From IMG/VR virus record IMGVR_UViG_3300025789_000021: a stretch of 64,000 nt of DNA; one strand, given 5' to 3'. This document shows positions 22,801 to 31,600 of the stretch, one piece after another. The first letter of the stretch is position 1. Each line of letters starts with the position of its first letter. The position numbers were made by a program, and so were the translations under genes. The notes beneath the pieces were generated by a model. That model did no database searches. It was given only the letters and a program-made list of their open reading frames with translations, and was not told the DNA's origin. This DNA is from an uncultured virus (IMG/VR IMGVR_UViG_3300025789_000021) (taxonomy: Duplodnaviria; Heunggongvirae; Uroviricota; Caudoviricetes).

Positions 22801-25800
22801 CTTAGTCCGGTCACTAAGTTATAGATTACGTCATTGAATAATGTAAAATTATTAAACACAATACCGTGCTCAAAGTTACTGATATCAAATTGTCCGTATG
22901 CCATAGCATCGCCAACATTTTGTGTTTTAACACTAAACAAATTGTTATTACGAAATATTGCTAAATCTTTATTTTCAATAGGATAAAGATTTTGATTCAG
23001 GATGAAATTTTGGTCCTGAATGGTCAACGGTTGAACCAGTAGATTCTGTGGACTAATTTCCAATAAGCCTGCTGCAGGATTCAATGTAATAATGCTGCCA
23101 ATATTCCATCCAGTCTGTGCCCAATAAAGAAACTCTTGGATCATTTGCGTCCAAGTTACTTGTATGCCATTCTGAATGTCATTAAATAACATTCCTTGTG
23201 TTTCAAGATATTTACCATAACACATTAAAAATTGCGCAAGGTCTTGTGCATTGTAGAATTTTGTCCCATATGGGACGATATCTGTTTGAGTGGCAGAATA
23301 ATTTCTATATAAATTTACGGAAATATTTTGAACTGTAAGATTAGTTGTTCCTTTTCCTATCAATGGATTCGCAATGGTAAAATAAGCATAAAGTTGTGAA
23401 TTCCCATATACTGTCCAGTACCCATCATTCTGCTGCACTATGACGCCACTATACATTATTCTGTCTGACGGTTGATTATTGTACAGTAGAATTTTGTAAC
23501 TTTCGTCTGGAATTAATAATGACGAATTGTTACTGTTAGGTGATCCTTTTTCTACATAAAACTGTAGTAAATTTTTATCACTAAATCCGGCTAAACGATA
23601 AACCAGTCTTACATCCAAATTATTCAGCAACGTAGTAGTGTCAGCAGTAGCATCAATTCCCTGCTGCTTCTGATAATCTACAATCCAGTTAATATAACTT
23701 GTTTTAGCAGTACCATTACCATATATTTCAATATTGGATAGTACTAAGTGACTTCTGTTATTAACGAGATATTGGTTAAAATCAGAATTATATTGGTAGT
23801 TGTCCAAGTCGACTCCCAAGTTGAAAAATTCAGCAGGACGAGTCAGAGCGTAAATTTTCATAAGGTCAAATGGATAAGTTGAACTGCGACGATATGAAAA
23901 TTCTGTTGGAGCATCATCTCCTACAGCCCAGTCTTTTTGGAAAGTGCTTGGGTTGTAGTTTCCAATAATTGATTGAAATGGTGAAAGCAATGTGCCATTC
24001 GTGTCAACTGGAATTATTTTTGACAGTCCGGGGCGGGCAAATTCCGTATTGATATACGGATTGCCATTGTTCCATATATAACCTGCTTCAAGATCACCCC
24101 AAAGAATACCATTATCGCTTGTATATGGTAGTGGACCATAGCGCGTTGTCCACCATGTTGGTTCATTGGCAAATCCGAGCATTTCCCAAGGAGTTTGATC
24201 AGGAGTTGTTGTATCGTAAAAGTATTCATACACTCCTCTCCAATATCCTTGTTGAATAGGAGCATTATTCAGTCTATTTGCTGAATTAGTATAATTATAT
24301 GTTAGAGTATTACTGCTATTATAATATTGCGTCTTGTAATCTAAACGATTCTGTCCAACCCAATTTAGGAACAATGGACTATAGATAGACATGAAGTCTT
24401 TATAGCTATATGTTGGATTTCTAAAGAAACCGGGTACGATTTCAAATTTTGAAATTGGAATCTTGGTGCTTAATTTCAAATTATTAAACACTCTGTTTTC
24501 AAATTCAAATAATGCCTGATCTCTGAAATCGGTGAGTACACCCAGAATCTGATCATAAGTTCCATAAAGTTTAGTATATGATCCATCGTGTCCCTTTATG
24601 AACCATGTCGGATTTGTGTAATTAGAGTCCAATACAATGGCAGGCTGAAATGCAGGGTATAGTCCCAGTTTTGTAGGAGTATTTGGCGCATATGATCCAT
24701 ATGTTTGATTATACTCTTTAATAATAATTTGATCCCCTGCCTGTAGGTTAATCAACACTTCTAATGATGGTGAATCCGTATTAATTACGTAATCGACGCC
24801 AGACAACAATTGCTTTTCAACGGTAACGCCAGTAATATTGGTAATATGATAAACCAATACTCCATTATAGTTCGCAGTTGCAAAATTATATATTTGACTT
24901 AGTGGATAAAATGTACTACTTGACAAATTATTAAATGTGTATGTATTTGACACGTATGGCGTCTGAGACGGCAGCATGTCTGACCAAAAGAATGACTGGT
25001 CGCGGGTTTTTGCAGCAGTGATTTTTTGCAATGCCACATCTAAAATTTGTGAAGGCGTATAACGCTGTACATAGTCAGTGTTCTGAACGGTATTAACAAT
25101 CAACTGTTTATATGTAATGTATTCACGGCTGTTATACAGAAGAGCATCAAATATATTATATCTAGGTGAGCGAAGGAATGCTCCCGGCAAGACAAGAGAG
25201 GCAGAATTCTGAATAATCTTCGTTCCATATGGCAAAAGATTACCTAAATCTCTGTAATTGTTGGCTCCAAAAATTGGACCCGTTGTGTTTGGGGCATTAA
25301 TGTATATGTCTTGATATTGGTCGCGAATATCACCCATATTAACGATGGCTAAATCTTCGTTAAATGGATTATTATTTAAGTTGATTGGTATATCATAATA
25401 AGCCAAGTTACTTACTTGGTCACTAAGTACCAGAATTTGTATTACAGTTTTTGCAGTCGGAACATTTGCAAGTGTTATAGTAGTTGTAGTAGGACCAACA
25501 CTAACAGTATAGTTGTTTGGGTTTACATATGTGTTATTTATGTATACTTTGATCGTTGGCCAACCGGGATTATCTGATGTTGGTTCACTGAGAGCAGCAA
25601 CATCACATACAAATGATGTAGTTGTGTTAACCAATGGATCAAAATTGTAATTAAATACTTGATACTGCACACTGTCAGCGATTGCAGTTTGCCAACCTAG
25701 CTGTTTTACTTCCATGGCAATATCAGTATAATTATATACGTAACCAATATTTACCTTTTCTGTAATTGGGGTAGTGCCATTAATATACGAAAATGTGTCA

Positions 25801-28670
25801 TTGTTCAATGACACATCAAAGCTGATGTCACCAATATTATTAATGTTACTGTATCTTACTGGGAATCCAAGTATTGCATCATTGGAACCGGACCCAATTC
25901 CATATGCAAAAAGTTTACACCCTGCAAAAGAAGTTCCCGGATAAATGGTCGGATCACTAAGTGAAATTCCGTTCTTATCAAAAATGTCAAAAAGTGGTGG
26001 CTGATTTACGTATATCTTTTGTTGTCCCTGATCCCATGTGTTACCGTTATACACATAAGTTAAGCCATGGTTATAGTAGCCGCGCGAAATTACTGTTTGC
26101 TCTTCTGCTAAGCAGACACCATCTTCTGCAACGGTTAATGTAATTACGGGTCTGGAACCTTGGGAAATTTGTGAAAACTCTGCTACGTAAATTTTATTTC
26201 TGACCTGTGGATCAGCGTCATTTGCGAAAATAACACGAGCATTGGGGAATAATGCATAATTACTTACGTCAAGTTCTGATGCAAAAATTGACACATTTGA
26301 TCCGGCAGAAACATTCTGTGGGAATTCCCATGTAACTGTCAACGTCAGTGTTGTCGTGCCAGTAATGTTAGTGATTTGAGAATTTACTGGTAACAGTCCC
26401 GATGAGTCTGCAATAAACATTAAATCAATTAATGATCCAGTAACAGCACTAGCTGGAACAGTAATTGTTGTTGACGTTGCGGCAGTTACTGCAGCGATGG
26501 TGGCACTATATGAACTATACGTCTGAATATCTGGATAATAGTTATATGTATTTGCAACCTGAGTAAAGGCATTAGTCACTCTGGTGTCAATGTAGTCAAC
26601 TGCCGACTTTCCTACGATCCCTGAATTAAATAATTTAAGATTTGGATAAAATTCAATGATAGGACGTTTTGCTCTATTGGTAGAATTAGCATAAGTGGTA
26701 ATGATATTTGAATCATTATTGTATTTTGCAGCCGCACTAATTACGTCAGTGTGAAACCAACGATTGCTTCGTGACCAAGCATTTCTACTGATTGAGCCAC
26801 GAGCAATCGTGATGTAATCTTGAAGAGCGGGGACATTTAATTCGCCGTCATAATTAAGATCATCAAATCCATCTGAATCAAATGGAATATATTCTTCTTG
26901 AGTAAAACTTTCTGGACATACTAATTGATTAAACGGTATTAGTTCAATAGCAGTACCAACTCCTTGAACATAGTACTGTCCTTGCAGGTAATTTGTTGGA
27001 ATAACATTTCCATTAAAATTAACTAATAGTCCGTTAGTAAATACTACTCCATTTGGAGAAGTATAAGTCTTTTGACCAATAATATCTGTAGTTACGTCAA
27101 TTGTTGCATTTAAGTTCGCATCAATAATTTTAATAACACCAACATCATTTGGATTGGTACCGTCCTGATAATACAATGTACTGAGTGGCGCGGTGACATA
27201 TGGTACTGGATTAATATAACTTATATTGTTAGAATCAACGCTCCGATAAAAAGGAACGTTAGTATATTCTTTACCATATTTTGGAACAATGTTAGTGTTC
27301 AATGGCACCGTAGAGGTCGGGAATAAGCGAATCAATGGATTATTTGGATCACCGACATAATTTATAGTATAGAAGTTTTGGGGTACGTTTGAGTAGAAGC
27401 CTTCTTCCCATAGCCCCTGATTTACATTCAATGTCATCTGACCAGCCGCTGGAGTTAACGTGATGTTATTGCCTCCAATCTTATCGGTTATGGTAAACTG
27501 CGTAGAATTTAAAATTGAGTTCACATAATATACCTGACCAGCAGTTACTCCACCAAAAATGGGAAAACTGCCTGAGGTAGAGAAAGTTACTGTATTATTA
27601 ACCGTTAGCATACTGGTGCTGCCAGTCGCTAAAGTAAAGGATGTGTTATCACATGATGCGATTTGAAGCGTAACAGGAGGCACTACCAATCTAGGATCAG
27701 TCCCAGTATTATCATCATAAAGGGTTTCATCATAATATTCTGATGTATAGCCAATTTCATTAGTGATTGATGGGTTATAGAATAATACTGTAAGTCCCTC
27801 TAGAGAAGTTACTCCGTCAATTCCAGCAAAATTTTTAACCAACTGTCCCTCAACTTGGCTGAATGACAGATTGCTTACTAAGTCAACACTAGTGCTATTT
27901 GAAAAAACGTACTGGTCTTGAGCATTCGCCTGTGGAACAGTAAAGATAACATATCCATTACTTGCTCCATTATTCTCAACGCCATAAACATTACGCGTAT
28001 AAAGTGTTGGCTGTGTGGGAGAATATCCCGTTACACCCGGTTGTCCCTGAATCCAAAAATTTGATTCTTGATTGACTTTAAAAGTATATGTTCCACCTCT
28101 AAGCAACGTGATCTGTGGATTAATTGATCCTACATTAGAAATTCCAGCAGAAATTTCATATCCATTTTGGAGATATGTTACATTGTAGTCTTGCACGGTG
28201 TATACTGTTGCAGCAGCGACTGTCACCGGAGGAGGGCCTTCAGGTAACCAATAATATTGAGTATAATTTATAAGTTTATCAAGATCAGTAAAAGAATCCC
28301 ATGAGTAAAATTGACTAGTGAACAACTTACTGTTGTCATCGGTTACACCATCTGCCAATTTAAGAGCATCAATCATGCCGGGATAAGTGATAAAGTCGGT
28401 TGCTGTTCCGGACGTTGACGTTATGGAAGTGTTCGGGGCCGTTAAGACGACACCTGGTGCTAATTGATAATTACTACGAGTTGCTGTGGTTTCTGGAATA
28501 TAATTATCCGTGGCATTGATACCGTATCCAAATTTACTACCGACATATCCTTGCATTTTCATTAAGCTAGGAGGATTAACTATCTGATCTAACGTCGCCG
28601 CCAGAAATTGAGCATTTGTCGGTGTTTGAAAATATTCTGGTAGAAAATTAAGAGTTCTAATTTTTGCCAT
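10884..28670 (-). CDS. Giant virion structural protein (5928 aa), baseplate wedge-associated
   Basis: Uninterrupted 17.8-kb ORF directly after the gp6-like gene; repeated GG-x5-YYV-x7-F-x-(V/I)S modules and FG-x-A(V/I)A propeller-like repeats. Confidence 0.8.
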   Translation of the reverse strand: MAKIRTLNFLPEYFQTPTNAQFLAATLDQIVNPPSLMKMQGYVGSKFGYGINATDNYIPETTATRSNYQLAPGVVLTAPNTSITSTSGTATDFITYPGMIDALKLADGVTDDNSKLFTSQFYSWDSFTDLDKLINYTQYYWLPEGPPPVTVAAATVYTVQDYNVTYLQNGYEISAGISNVGSINPQITLLRGGTYTFKVNQESNFWIQGQPGVTGYSPTQPTLYTRNVYGVENNGASNGYVIFTVPQANAQDQYVFSNSTSVDLVSNLSFSQVEGQLVKNFAGIDGVTSLEGLTVLFYNPSITNEIGYTSEYYDETLYDDNTGTDPRLVVPPVTLQIASCDNTSFTLATGSTSMLTVNNTVTFSTSGSFPIFGGVTAGQVYYVNSILNSTQFTITDKIGGNNITLTPAAGQMTLNVNQGLWEEGFYSNVPQNFYTINYVGDPNNPLIRLFPTSTVPLNTNIVPKYGKEYTNVPFYRSVDSNNISYINPVPYVTAPLSTLYYQDGTNPNDVGVIKIIDANLNATIDVTTDIIGQKTYTSPNGVVFTNGLLVNFNGNVIPTNYLQGQYYVQGVGTAIELIPFNQLVCPESFTQEEYIPFDSDGFDDLNYDGELNVPALQDYITIARGSISRNAWSRSNRWFHTDVISAAAKYNNDSNIITTYANSTNRAKRPIIEFYPNLKLFNSGIVGKSAVDYIDTRVTNAFTQVANTYNYYPDIQTYSSYSATIAAVTAATSTTITVPASAVTGSLIDLMFIADSSGLLPVNSQITNITGTTTLTLTVTWEFPQNVSAGSNVSIFASELDVSNYALFPNARVIFANDADPQVRNKIYVAEFSQISQGSRPVITLTVAEDGVCLAEEQTVISRGYYNHGLTYVYNGNTWDQGQQKIYVNQPPLFDIFDKNGISLSDPTIYPGTSFAGCKLFAYGIGSGSNDAILGFPVRYSNINNIGDISFDVSLNNDTFSYINGTTPITEKVNIGYVYNYTDIAMEVKQLGWQTAIADSVQYQVFNYNFDPLVNTTTSFVCDVAALSEPTSDNPGWPTIKVYINNTYVNPNNYTVSVGPTTTTITLANVPTAKTVIQILVLSDQVSNLAYYDIPINLNNNPFNEDLAIVNMGDIRDQYQDIYINAPNTTGPIFGANNYRDLGNLLPYGTKIIQNSASLVLPGAFLRSPRYNIFDALLYNSREYITYKQLIVNTVQNTDYVQRYTPSQILDVALQKITAAKTRDQSFFWSDMLPSQTPYVSNTYTFNNLSSSTFYPLSQIYNFATANYNGVLVYHITNITGVTVEKQLLSGVDYVINTDSPSLEVLINLQAGDQIIIKEYNQTYGSYAPNTPTKLGLYPAFQPAIVLDSNYTNPTWFIKGHDGSYTKLYGTYDQILGVLTDFRDQALFEFENRVFNNLKLSTKIPISKFEIVPGFFRNPTYSYKDFMSIYSPLFLNWVGQNRLDYKTQYYNSSNTLTYNYTNSANRLNNAPIQQGYWRGVYEYFYDTTTPDQTPWEMLGFANEPTWWTTRYGPLPYTSDNGILWGDLEAGYIWNNGNPYINTEFARPGLSKIIPVDTNGTLLSPFQSIIGNYNPSTFQKDWAVGDDAPTEFSYRRSSTYPFDLMKIYALTRPAEFFNLGVDLDNYQYNSDFNQYLVNNRSHLVLSNIEIYGNGTAKTSYINWIVDYQKQQGIDATADTTTLLNNLDVRLVYRLAGFSDKNLLQFYVEKGSPNSNNSSLLIPDESYKILLYNNQPSDRIMYSGVIVQQNDGYWTVYGNSQLYAYFTIANPLIGKGTTNLTVQNISVNLYRNYSATQTDIVPYGTKFYNAQDLAQFLMCYGKYLETQGMLFNDIQNGIQVTWTQMIQEFLYWAQTGWNIGSIITLNPAAGLLEISPQNLLVQPLTIQDQNFILNQNLYPIENKDLAIFRNNNLFSVKTQNVGDAMAYGQFDISNFEHGIVFNNFTLFNDVIYNLVTGLRQDRIFLRGEKSAEWNGTMYAGGFILNQDNVQEWDPAVKYTRGSVVLYKNNYYQAQVVVNPATQFNPSQWKLTNYEAIQIGMLSNPSTRAYESTLFYDINQANLHDDADTLGYSLIGYRPRDYLALLDLTNVAQVQVYQNLIINKGTLNSVSAFEGANLPTGGINYSVNEIWSILSGKFGGTLNNNFIDFSINARDMTGDPSIVSLTDGTINTNGAMQEIPLNTLYNYGTPISSPNFLPVTSNPSVNNTYPNAGFVNFNDITLASYYYAGLPRATNSSGAIVPIQNFYVGQYAWLANFMQDWGVYSWEVVGQILQVRNNNNSTVTLTFSAPHNLARLQSLSIVNFASNVNGYYIVIDVPSIYEAVINLNLNNTTQNSIQGLGIGLTFKSHRVTNPSDIGNLNLTQADFIDNLVWVDNNVDGNWAVLLKANNYVMQNTLLNQPVSTSTFGSAVAYTPDIGYLVGDAAAGNVYRYVLNSLTQEYEIYQTITNGTSFGSEISYSASNDIYVVSQPTGTPEVFIYTLNNSPLGDNLIQYQSAITAPGGVTNWGSAVAISGDANWIYISDITNNNIYVYRRDNIPLQAGYFNTGQTYVITELGSTDFTAIGASYNAVGITFIATGAGTGSGTATQVTYRYASEITGSTYGYTSGDNFSASLSTNQDGSILIAGAPLKNYSMTIEDWGQVSVLNRTEQNFQVQSGQVPNQTSVFPLAWTPVATATITASATNSSNDTITCSTSMSAYAVNTPIAFTGASLAGTGINAARVYYIASISGNNITIKTSRITTTVVDLNSVSLTGVNVYVQVTPLYVSVNGTIVDDSNYAIIGTNLYYYSNLNAGDILNVNDSKFFLAQTFNSNYHDRTGIHFGYAVANANSGSDILVGSPFEISDINGQEGAVYKFSNGGAKYGVVVGTTGCNIVSSTTVLINGYAVNLSSGWTAIQVANAINTSGLINIQAAATSNNNIIIQCIDSAIAPVNKKLVITAFNTTAFSELGFQPYTETQVLQCPYASGPTQFGTSIKIDAFNNMVVSAPTDTRYEGTLFDFVDAFNLSNDTVFDNNATQFVDSYPNAGAVYLFQYLADYNESLTTPGQYVYAQSVNDNSTSYGNSPMYGTALDINDNTIVIGTPNFLTGVNNGQVLVYTNPTGVPVWSVYRNSAPVVDINSIQNSQLYSATSNQTLVNFDYMDPLQGKLLGAARENLDYVTSVDPASYNSNLANNNGNMWGTAQVGQLWLDVTNIRWVNYHQNDVTYNSKYWGSVFPGSDVAVYTWVASFSPPNKYSGSGSVYDINKYCVASVLNSSNVVSPVYYFWVRNTNIIFDQRNKSLSDSIVSTYIANPSASGIPFVAPLSPNTIGLYNASTFFNGKDSIFHIGYSTAKAQDVSHEEFALINQGDPKSFLTGFPPIVKRQTTVATFGNNFNYTGIPTALYERLLYSFSGCDKSGAVVPDPFLPLAVQSGVMSHPRQSFFYDRFLALNNYLTYANSILIQYPIAELRPDSTFLFASGEYYTTSDYWSYTNWWAAGYDNNTKSLYQVPYYADLKTLNVSSGTIVTVLQSKNGNTETYRYDGNGVWTRVGLQNGTIQFNSTLWDYASGQFGWDGNFFDTGVYDDYPSQETYYIIRALNEQIFTEDLLQYRNSSLILMFEYIQSETVESQNFLPWLNKTSLLDVQHTLRELLPYENYVTDNFDFLSGYINETKPYHVLIKDFLYDYKGNEDYVGNLTDFDLPAQYNSTYQKFISPQIVYGLPSNEYEYANTDSIWSTAPYTQWKQNYGVSLTGQPDYLMTTLTSYMDLKSNSMIVENANGFPINGILTIDNEQIQYSAVDTSLNLIAGLTRGYNGTTVSNHFPGAKITINLPPVVLLNGGAGYVNTPKVTAYIDTTLYPPPTVPAQLQAVMGIDSVLNIDVINPGEGYAITPEIVIDPSTTISFTNTAINSLLHTVVVYAPNLQTGNVIQYKAGADKVGIGLLSDNEWYYVNVLQTNPTSVIALYSSYRDAINDKNRIQIYDKGTTNTLSFNLGARAYAISTSYPIRENNITVKFDRTTYKSQVIDWKAGEYYGSFFAGNYLNINQVSSSSIQLESVNPSISGILASAQGAVFEIVSVANNRQTDWSSTIRYVSGTSSSNNAITLIPQDNNNNPSNPEPNASGTTIGFYVGMPVQFNGAVIGGLVANQEYYVAQVISETAFTVSATQNGSVVSLTTATIGSIPMTCLTAQIVDTAVLDINYPGILTVTNTTSGTNYLTVPTSVIGTGGTSSFYQNLPVFFSDGVIGGVVENQVYYISTVIDQQTFTISANENPLTTTMTSTASSTNVITVGSTFQFNVNDPIIFTQMTISGSPVTAFGGIVAGTTYYVSNILSGTTMQISQYINGSILTLSNATGTALITDQIDSVQLTTDTGAMTMNVSLPVSPGQINGQKFTLYGTSGQYPNITSGIVGNLIQRNVNATVANGNNIVAIDSVSGGTDLFYVNMPIQFATAIGGLSSNTTYYVLTYSGQTGVNNIQVNVTGTSSDGNLLTGDDTSYMYVGMSIVFSGQGLGGILTGKQYFVSSIADSTHFTVSLTKGGATLTLTTDNGTMTGVGDPYITVSATAGGPPVTLSNSTTGSVLNQYITSTPTFDMSYILGGYRAIITSAGSGFALNNTITISGTVLGGTTPLNDAVLQVNNINSSGGITSVICSGIVPYPSLTCYLKVISPNQVEVYANPSMTVPVSGINLGFGGFTIDTVNSVTVSNNSLTISDTSKFSVNDAVVFTGNTSTAVSNISPYLTYYISAILNSTQIQVTTIPGGSAITVTSTANTNFTIAKAGSFAFLPEPFFFNQSIVKFNGRVYICVVSNNDKNFVIGKWQILDSDDPRLNAMDRVIGYYAPTTNMPGVDLTQLFDGVTYPNSIYYGNEFQPSLQYPLDTVLQDQPFNNTGLPVPTYDVQGAPFQYGYGPEELVPGVVTDNVAMTVATRPGTDWNIEQYGHSGYNVVSKNLVPTSGTQATYSFAGIAHFPAQIFVQTVGVASGLGTTLNNGIDYTVNWINKTFTLTNPLPYPITETIRLDVYEVGNGNQLIKSNSNVDPIRVDPVSGFNEIYVDCNYSAPIYQGSGVIQPGTYDIDTIATQTISNGNGILCNNLSNLSLNSPITFEGITFGGINPDTVYYVKSISKATNTITISASFNSATGQPGPILDVTDATGTMYVIVQAGTGLTWTSPIIYHNGTKLIAGGTDIVTNTTTGTNAITTNSTSRMVVNTPITFSANMFGPDIVPLQRYYVAQILSSTTFTISATPSGPVLSLTTQQGGATFVTYDYAFGIQPNGTSAMIIFSTGNYTNNSDYLVYSLFGQTLPIQYGYTVPETQLFTGTGSQTQFALSNYVGAGNPSNAIVEVNGLRASPSTYTIDPSADTITFNSAPSNGSEIGVTTFNDTRRQYLNTQTITATNSNIVSQIVSISNNITSPYAVTASNATTSGTNNITVVSTSGFVVGQPVTFQGTSFGGIATDGTVYFVQSIVSSTAFRISATAVNGVPGSVFAVTTATGEMLVTVGGTPAVRVTTNGTNYFTENQLIRIDGTVGSNQLNGNEYYARIINTNVFDLYTTPFSAALNAVNNPVTQISSYISGGYTWVAGSYYLVDTTTSSTSVSSGGNSNVITVASTATLDYGTPVVFTATGSADGTNILGGLIQGTVYYVSTIYSPTQFSVAYSQYGTNVTLSDATGVVNVTQWEQNNPDRLWITINGYRVPSSSLRLYPSNEVGILTSITSGSAVIMTNMIPTATPNGEIYMNFINELGQASVYRANNLSRTWLTQPLYQESDLVYIQDYRAVTNSVTQTSIVPAASGGVYTIGLTGVDKTLITGISVYNNTTRKYISSSNYQITIIGLAPELVINTGSYINAGNSLTITTLIGNTIYINGEQIKFSIVNTVTNTLGGLQRGANGTGAQVYIPEYADVFSILSANKLPDTYYNQTWNSYVYNPTLGDPLQISQTIPATFLEVDIT

Positions 28671-31600
28671 TTATAGGTATCCTATTTGTAATAATGATGG
28701 GCTTAATGCGGGCACAACTTGTATTGAATTAGCAATTGCAGCATTTGTGAAAATTTCATATGGTAAACAAGTTATTTCATATAGATATCCGAATGGCTTA
28801 GATGGATCATTTGAGACTAACACCGCAGAACTGATTAAATCACCACACTGTGCATGCAGATATGCGCTCAATTCTGAAAAATAGAAAGTAGCTCCAAAAT
28901 TCCAATTATTAATATCAAAATAATTATTTATTGCCGTTAATACAGCACTTCTTATTTCACTGTTGCTTGCACTGGTGTTTGACGCCGGTACTACATTAAT
29001 AGTTCCCTGCAGGGCTGGTTCGGCTTTTGGTCCAAACAGTGGCTTAAAAACAACACTATTGAGTATTACAGAATCAGATAGCATTTTATAATCTTGCAAT
29101 TTTGGATAATTTTGTGACAATTCGTTTATAGTAGGCAATGGTGGTTTTGGAATAGTGTTTGTTGTATCCTGAATCCAATTGGTATACGAAGTATAATAAT
29201 CCTGCGTAACTACGTATAGATCAATGATATTAGTAGTTACAGGATCAATTCTAGTAGTATTATTTGAATTGTGTCTATATTGAAACGCCAAACCTTGACG
29301 ACCCGGTAGCATTGAATATTGAACCTGAGGAACCATTGTATAAAATTGTGTCAGAACTGTTGGGTCTTGGTATGATTTATAAAAATTATTCTCAGAATAT
29401 GCGTAGAACAACTGTCCCTGAGGGTATTGATATTTAACAACTTCAATTTGAGAAAGAGTTGGGTATTGATATACCACAGACGACGATGGAATAATATACT
29501 TAACCGTTAAGTTGAGTGGGTCAATGACTGTTTCAAAAAAAGTATATACTCCGATGTTAGAACTGCCATTTGAATATCCAGTTATTTTATTGAAAAAATC
29601 TGGATTAAGTATGAGATTGCCATTATTAATATCTGTAGCAGAGACCCTTACTTGAAAATCATTGATATATCCATCACTTTGAACTGGCTGTCCAGTGACA
29701 TTGATTGGCGTATTCTGCCCTAAGGGCTGGCTAGAATTAAAGCCAGCATTAATCCCTAAAACATTAATAAAATCTTGAAGAATCTTGCCGGAATATGGGT
29801 CATATATTACAGAATTAGTATCAAATGTAAATCTGGTATCTGATACTGATCCAAAATAATATGCTAATGATTTATATGTAATACTATATGTGTTAGTGTT
29901 AGCATCAGCAGTAAACTGCACGAATGCATTTGGATCATTGTAAGTTGAAATTGACCATCTTTCTTGGTTAATCAGAAGCGAATTATTAAACACTAAAGTA
30001 AAATTCTGTTTTAATTCCATTCTGATGATACATTCTTGAATGATTGTAGTTGGTATGATATTACCAAACACTGGTATTACTGATGTTAGGATAGCACCAT
30101 TTGGAACATATCCACTTAGTGTTACCGGTCCTGCTCCGTTAGCAAAATTACCAATACCATTATTGCTGCCATCACCGATTACATTAAGAATAGTTGCCCA
30201 GATATACGTGCTATCCCCAGAACCAGGTATCCCCGCGACCAAACGAGCATTATGATCAAAATAGTAACCCGGTGGTGAATCAAATCGACAGATAGCACCG
30301 GTAGTGACATACTTTACGTTTGTTGAAGAATATACACCAATTGACAATGGATTTACTGCGCTTACTCCATTGATGTAATTATATAAATATCCAGTTTCTG
30401 ATCCGGCGTTAACTGTACTTGCATTCCAATAAACAGTTCCATCATTTGTGGAAGAATTGATTGCATATCTAGTACAATTCTGAATATAATATTGGTTTGC
30501 TTCATTTAGCCTTAAAACATTTGCTAAGCTATTTGTGAAGAAGGTAATAATGTCACTGGTGTTACTCACAACAAGGGATAAGAAACCATTACTATCATCT
30601 TGATACAATGCGCCATCCGACCCGTAAGAATTTATACTAGAGTATTTTCCAGTTGGATCAAGTAAATCTAAATTCTTTGATACACCAACTGATGATCTGT
30701 TGATTGCGGTTGATTTAATAATCGAACTATACAGTGTATATGGGAAATTGCTATAGTCTTCACCATTAACCATACGATTTTGACTATAGTAACGAAGTGG
30801 GGCGCGCTGTTTAATATCATTTAATGTTTCGCGCGCTTGTGCATTGGTAACCGTTGTGGTAAGTGCTAACCCTACGGTAAGAGTTTGTGGCGTACCTGTA
30901 TTGTCAATATAAGTGAAGGCTACCGATATGCCTGACATTTCACTTGGATCAATTGTATATGTTAGCGCATTCCCATAACGTACATATGCTCGGAAGTTGC
31001 CGACCGGAATATTAGAAAATACACCGTCACCAAATACATAACTAACAGCATCATTTGTTCCAGACTGAACCGAAAAAATAAGACGTTTAGATGATTCTGT
31101 TTGTAAATGTGCATTAGCATATACGTTTTCTACTTGAATCCATGGAGTTCTTGTGCCATTATTGTTAAACTGATACAACCAAGTGTCTGTATTATTGATA
31201 TTTTCAATTGATCCTATTGGGACAATTTGGTTTGAAATTGCTTGAGATAAATTAAAATCAAAATTTTGTATAGTTCCCTGTTTAAAATAGAAGAAAAAAC
31301 CAGTATTTGGACTGCCATATCCTCGCATGTCATTTCGATATAACATATTGAACTGTCCAGATGGTGCTGGTGGAATTTCATAAATATAATCTTCGTTTAA
31401 TGAAGTGACACTCACTAATTCAAAATTTGTGTTTTGTCCATTTACGGATGACGTAAAGGGAATTATTGGAAGAGATGTTGGTGTTATCTGTATTGCATAT
31501 TCGCTAGTAGTGACACCGAGAATATTTTTTACATTTCCCGGTTTGCCGATACTTTGTACTGGAATCAATGTCGCGTTGAATATCGTGTTCATTTGGTTTA

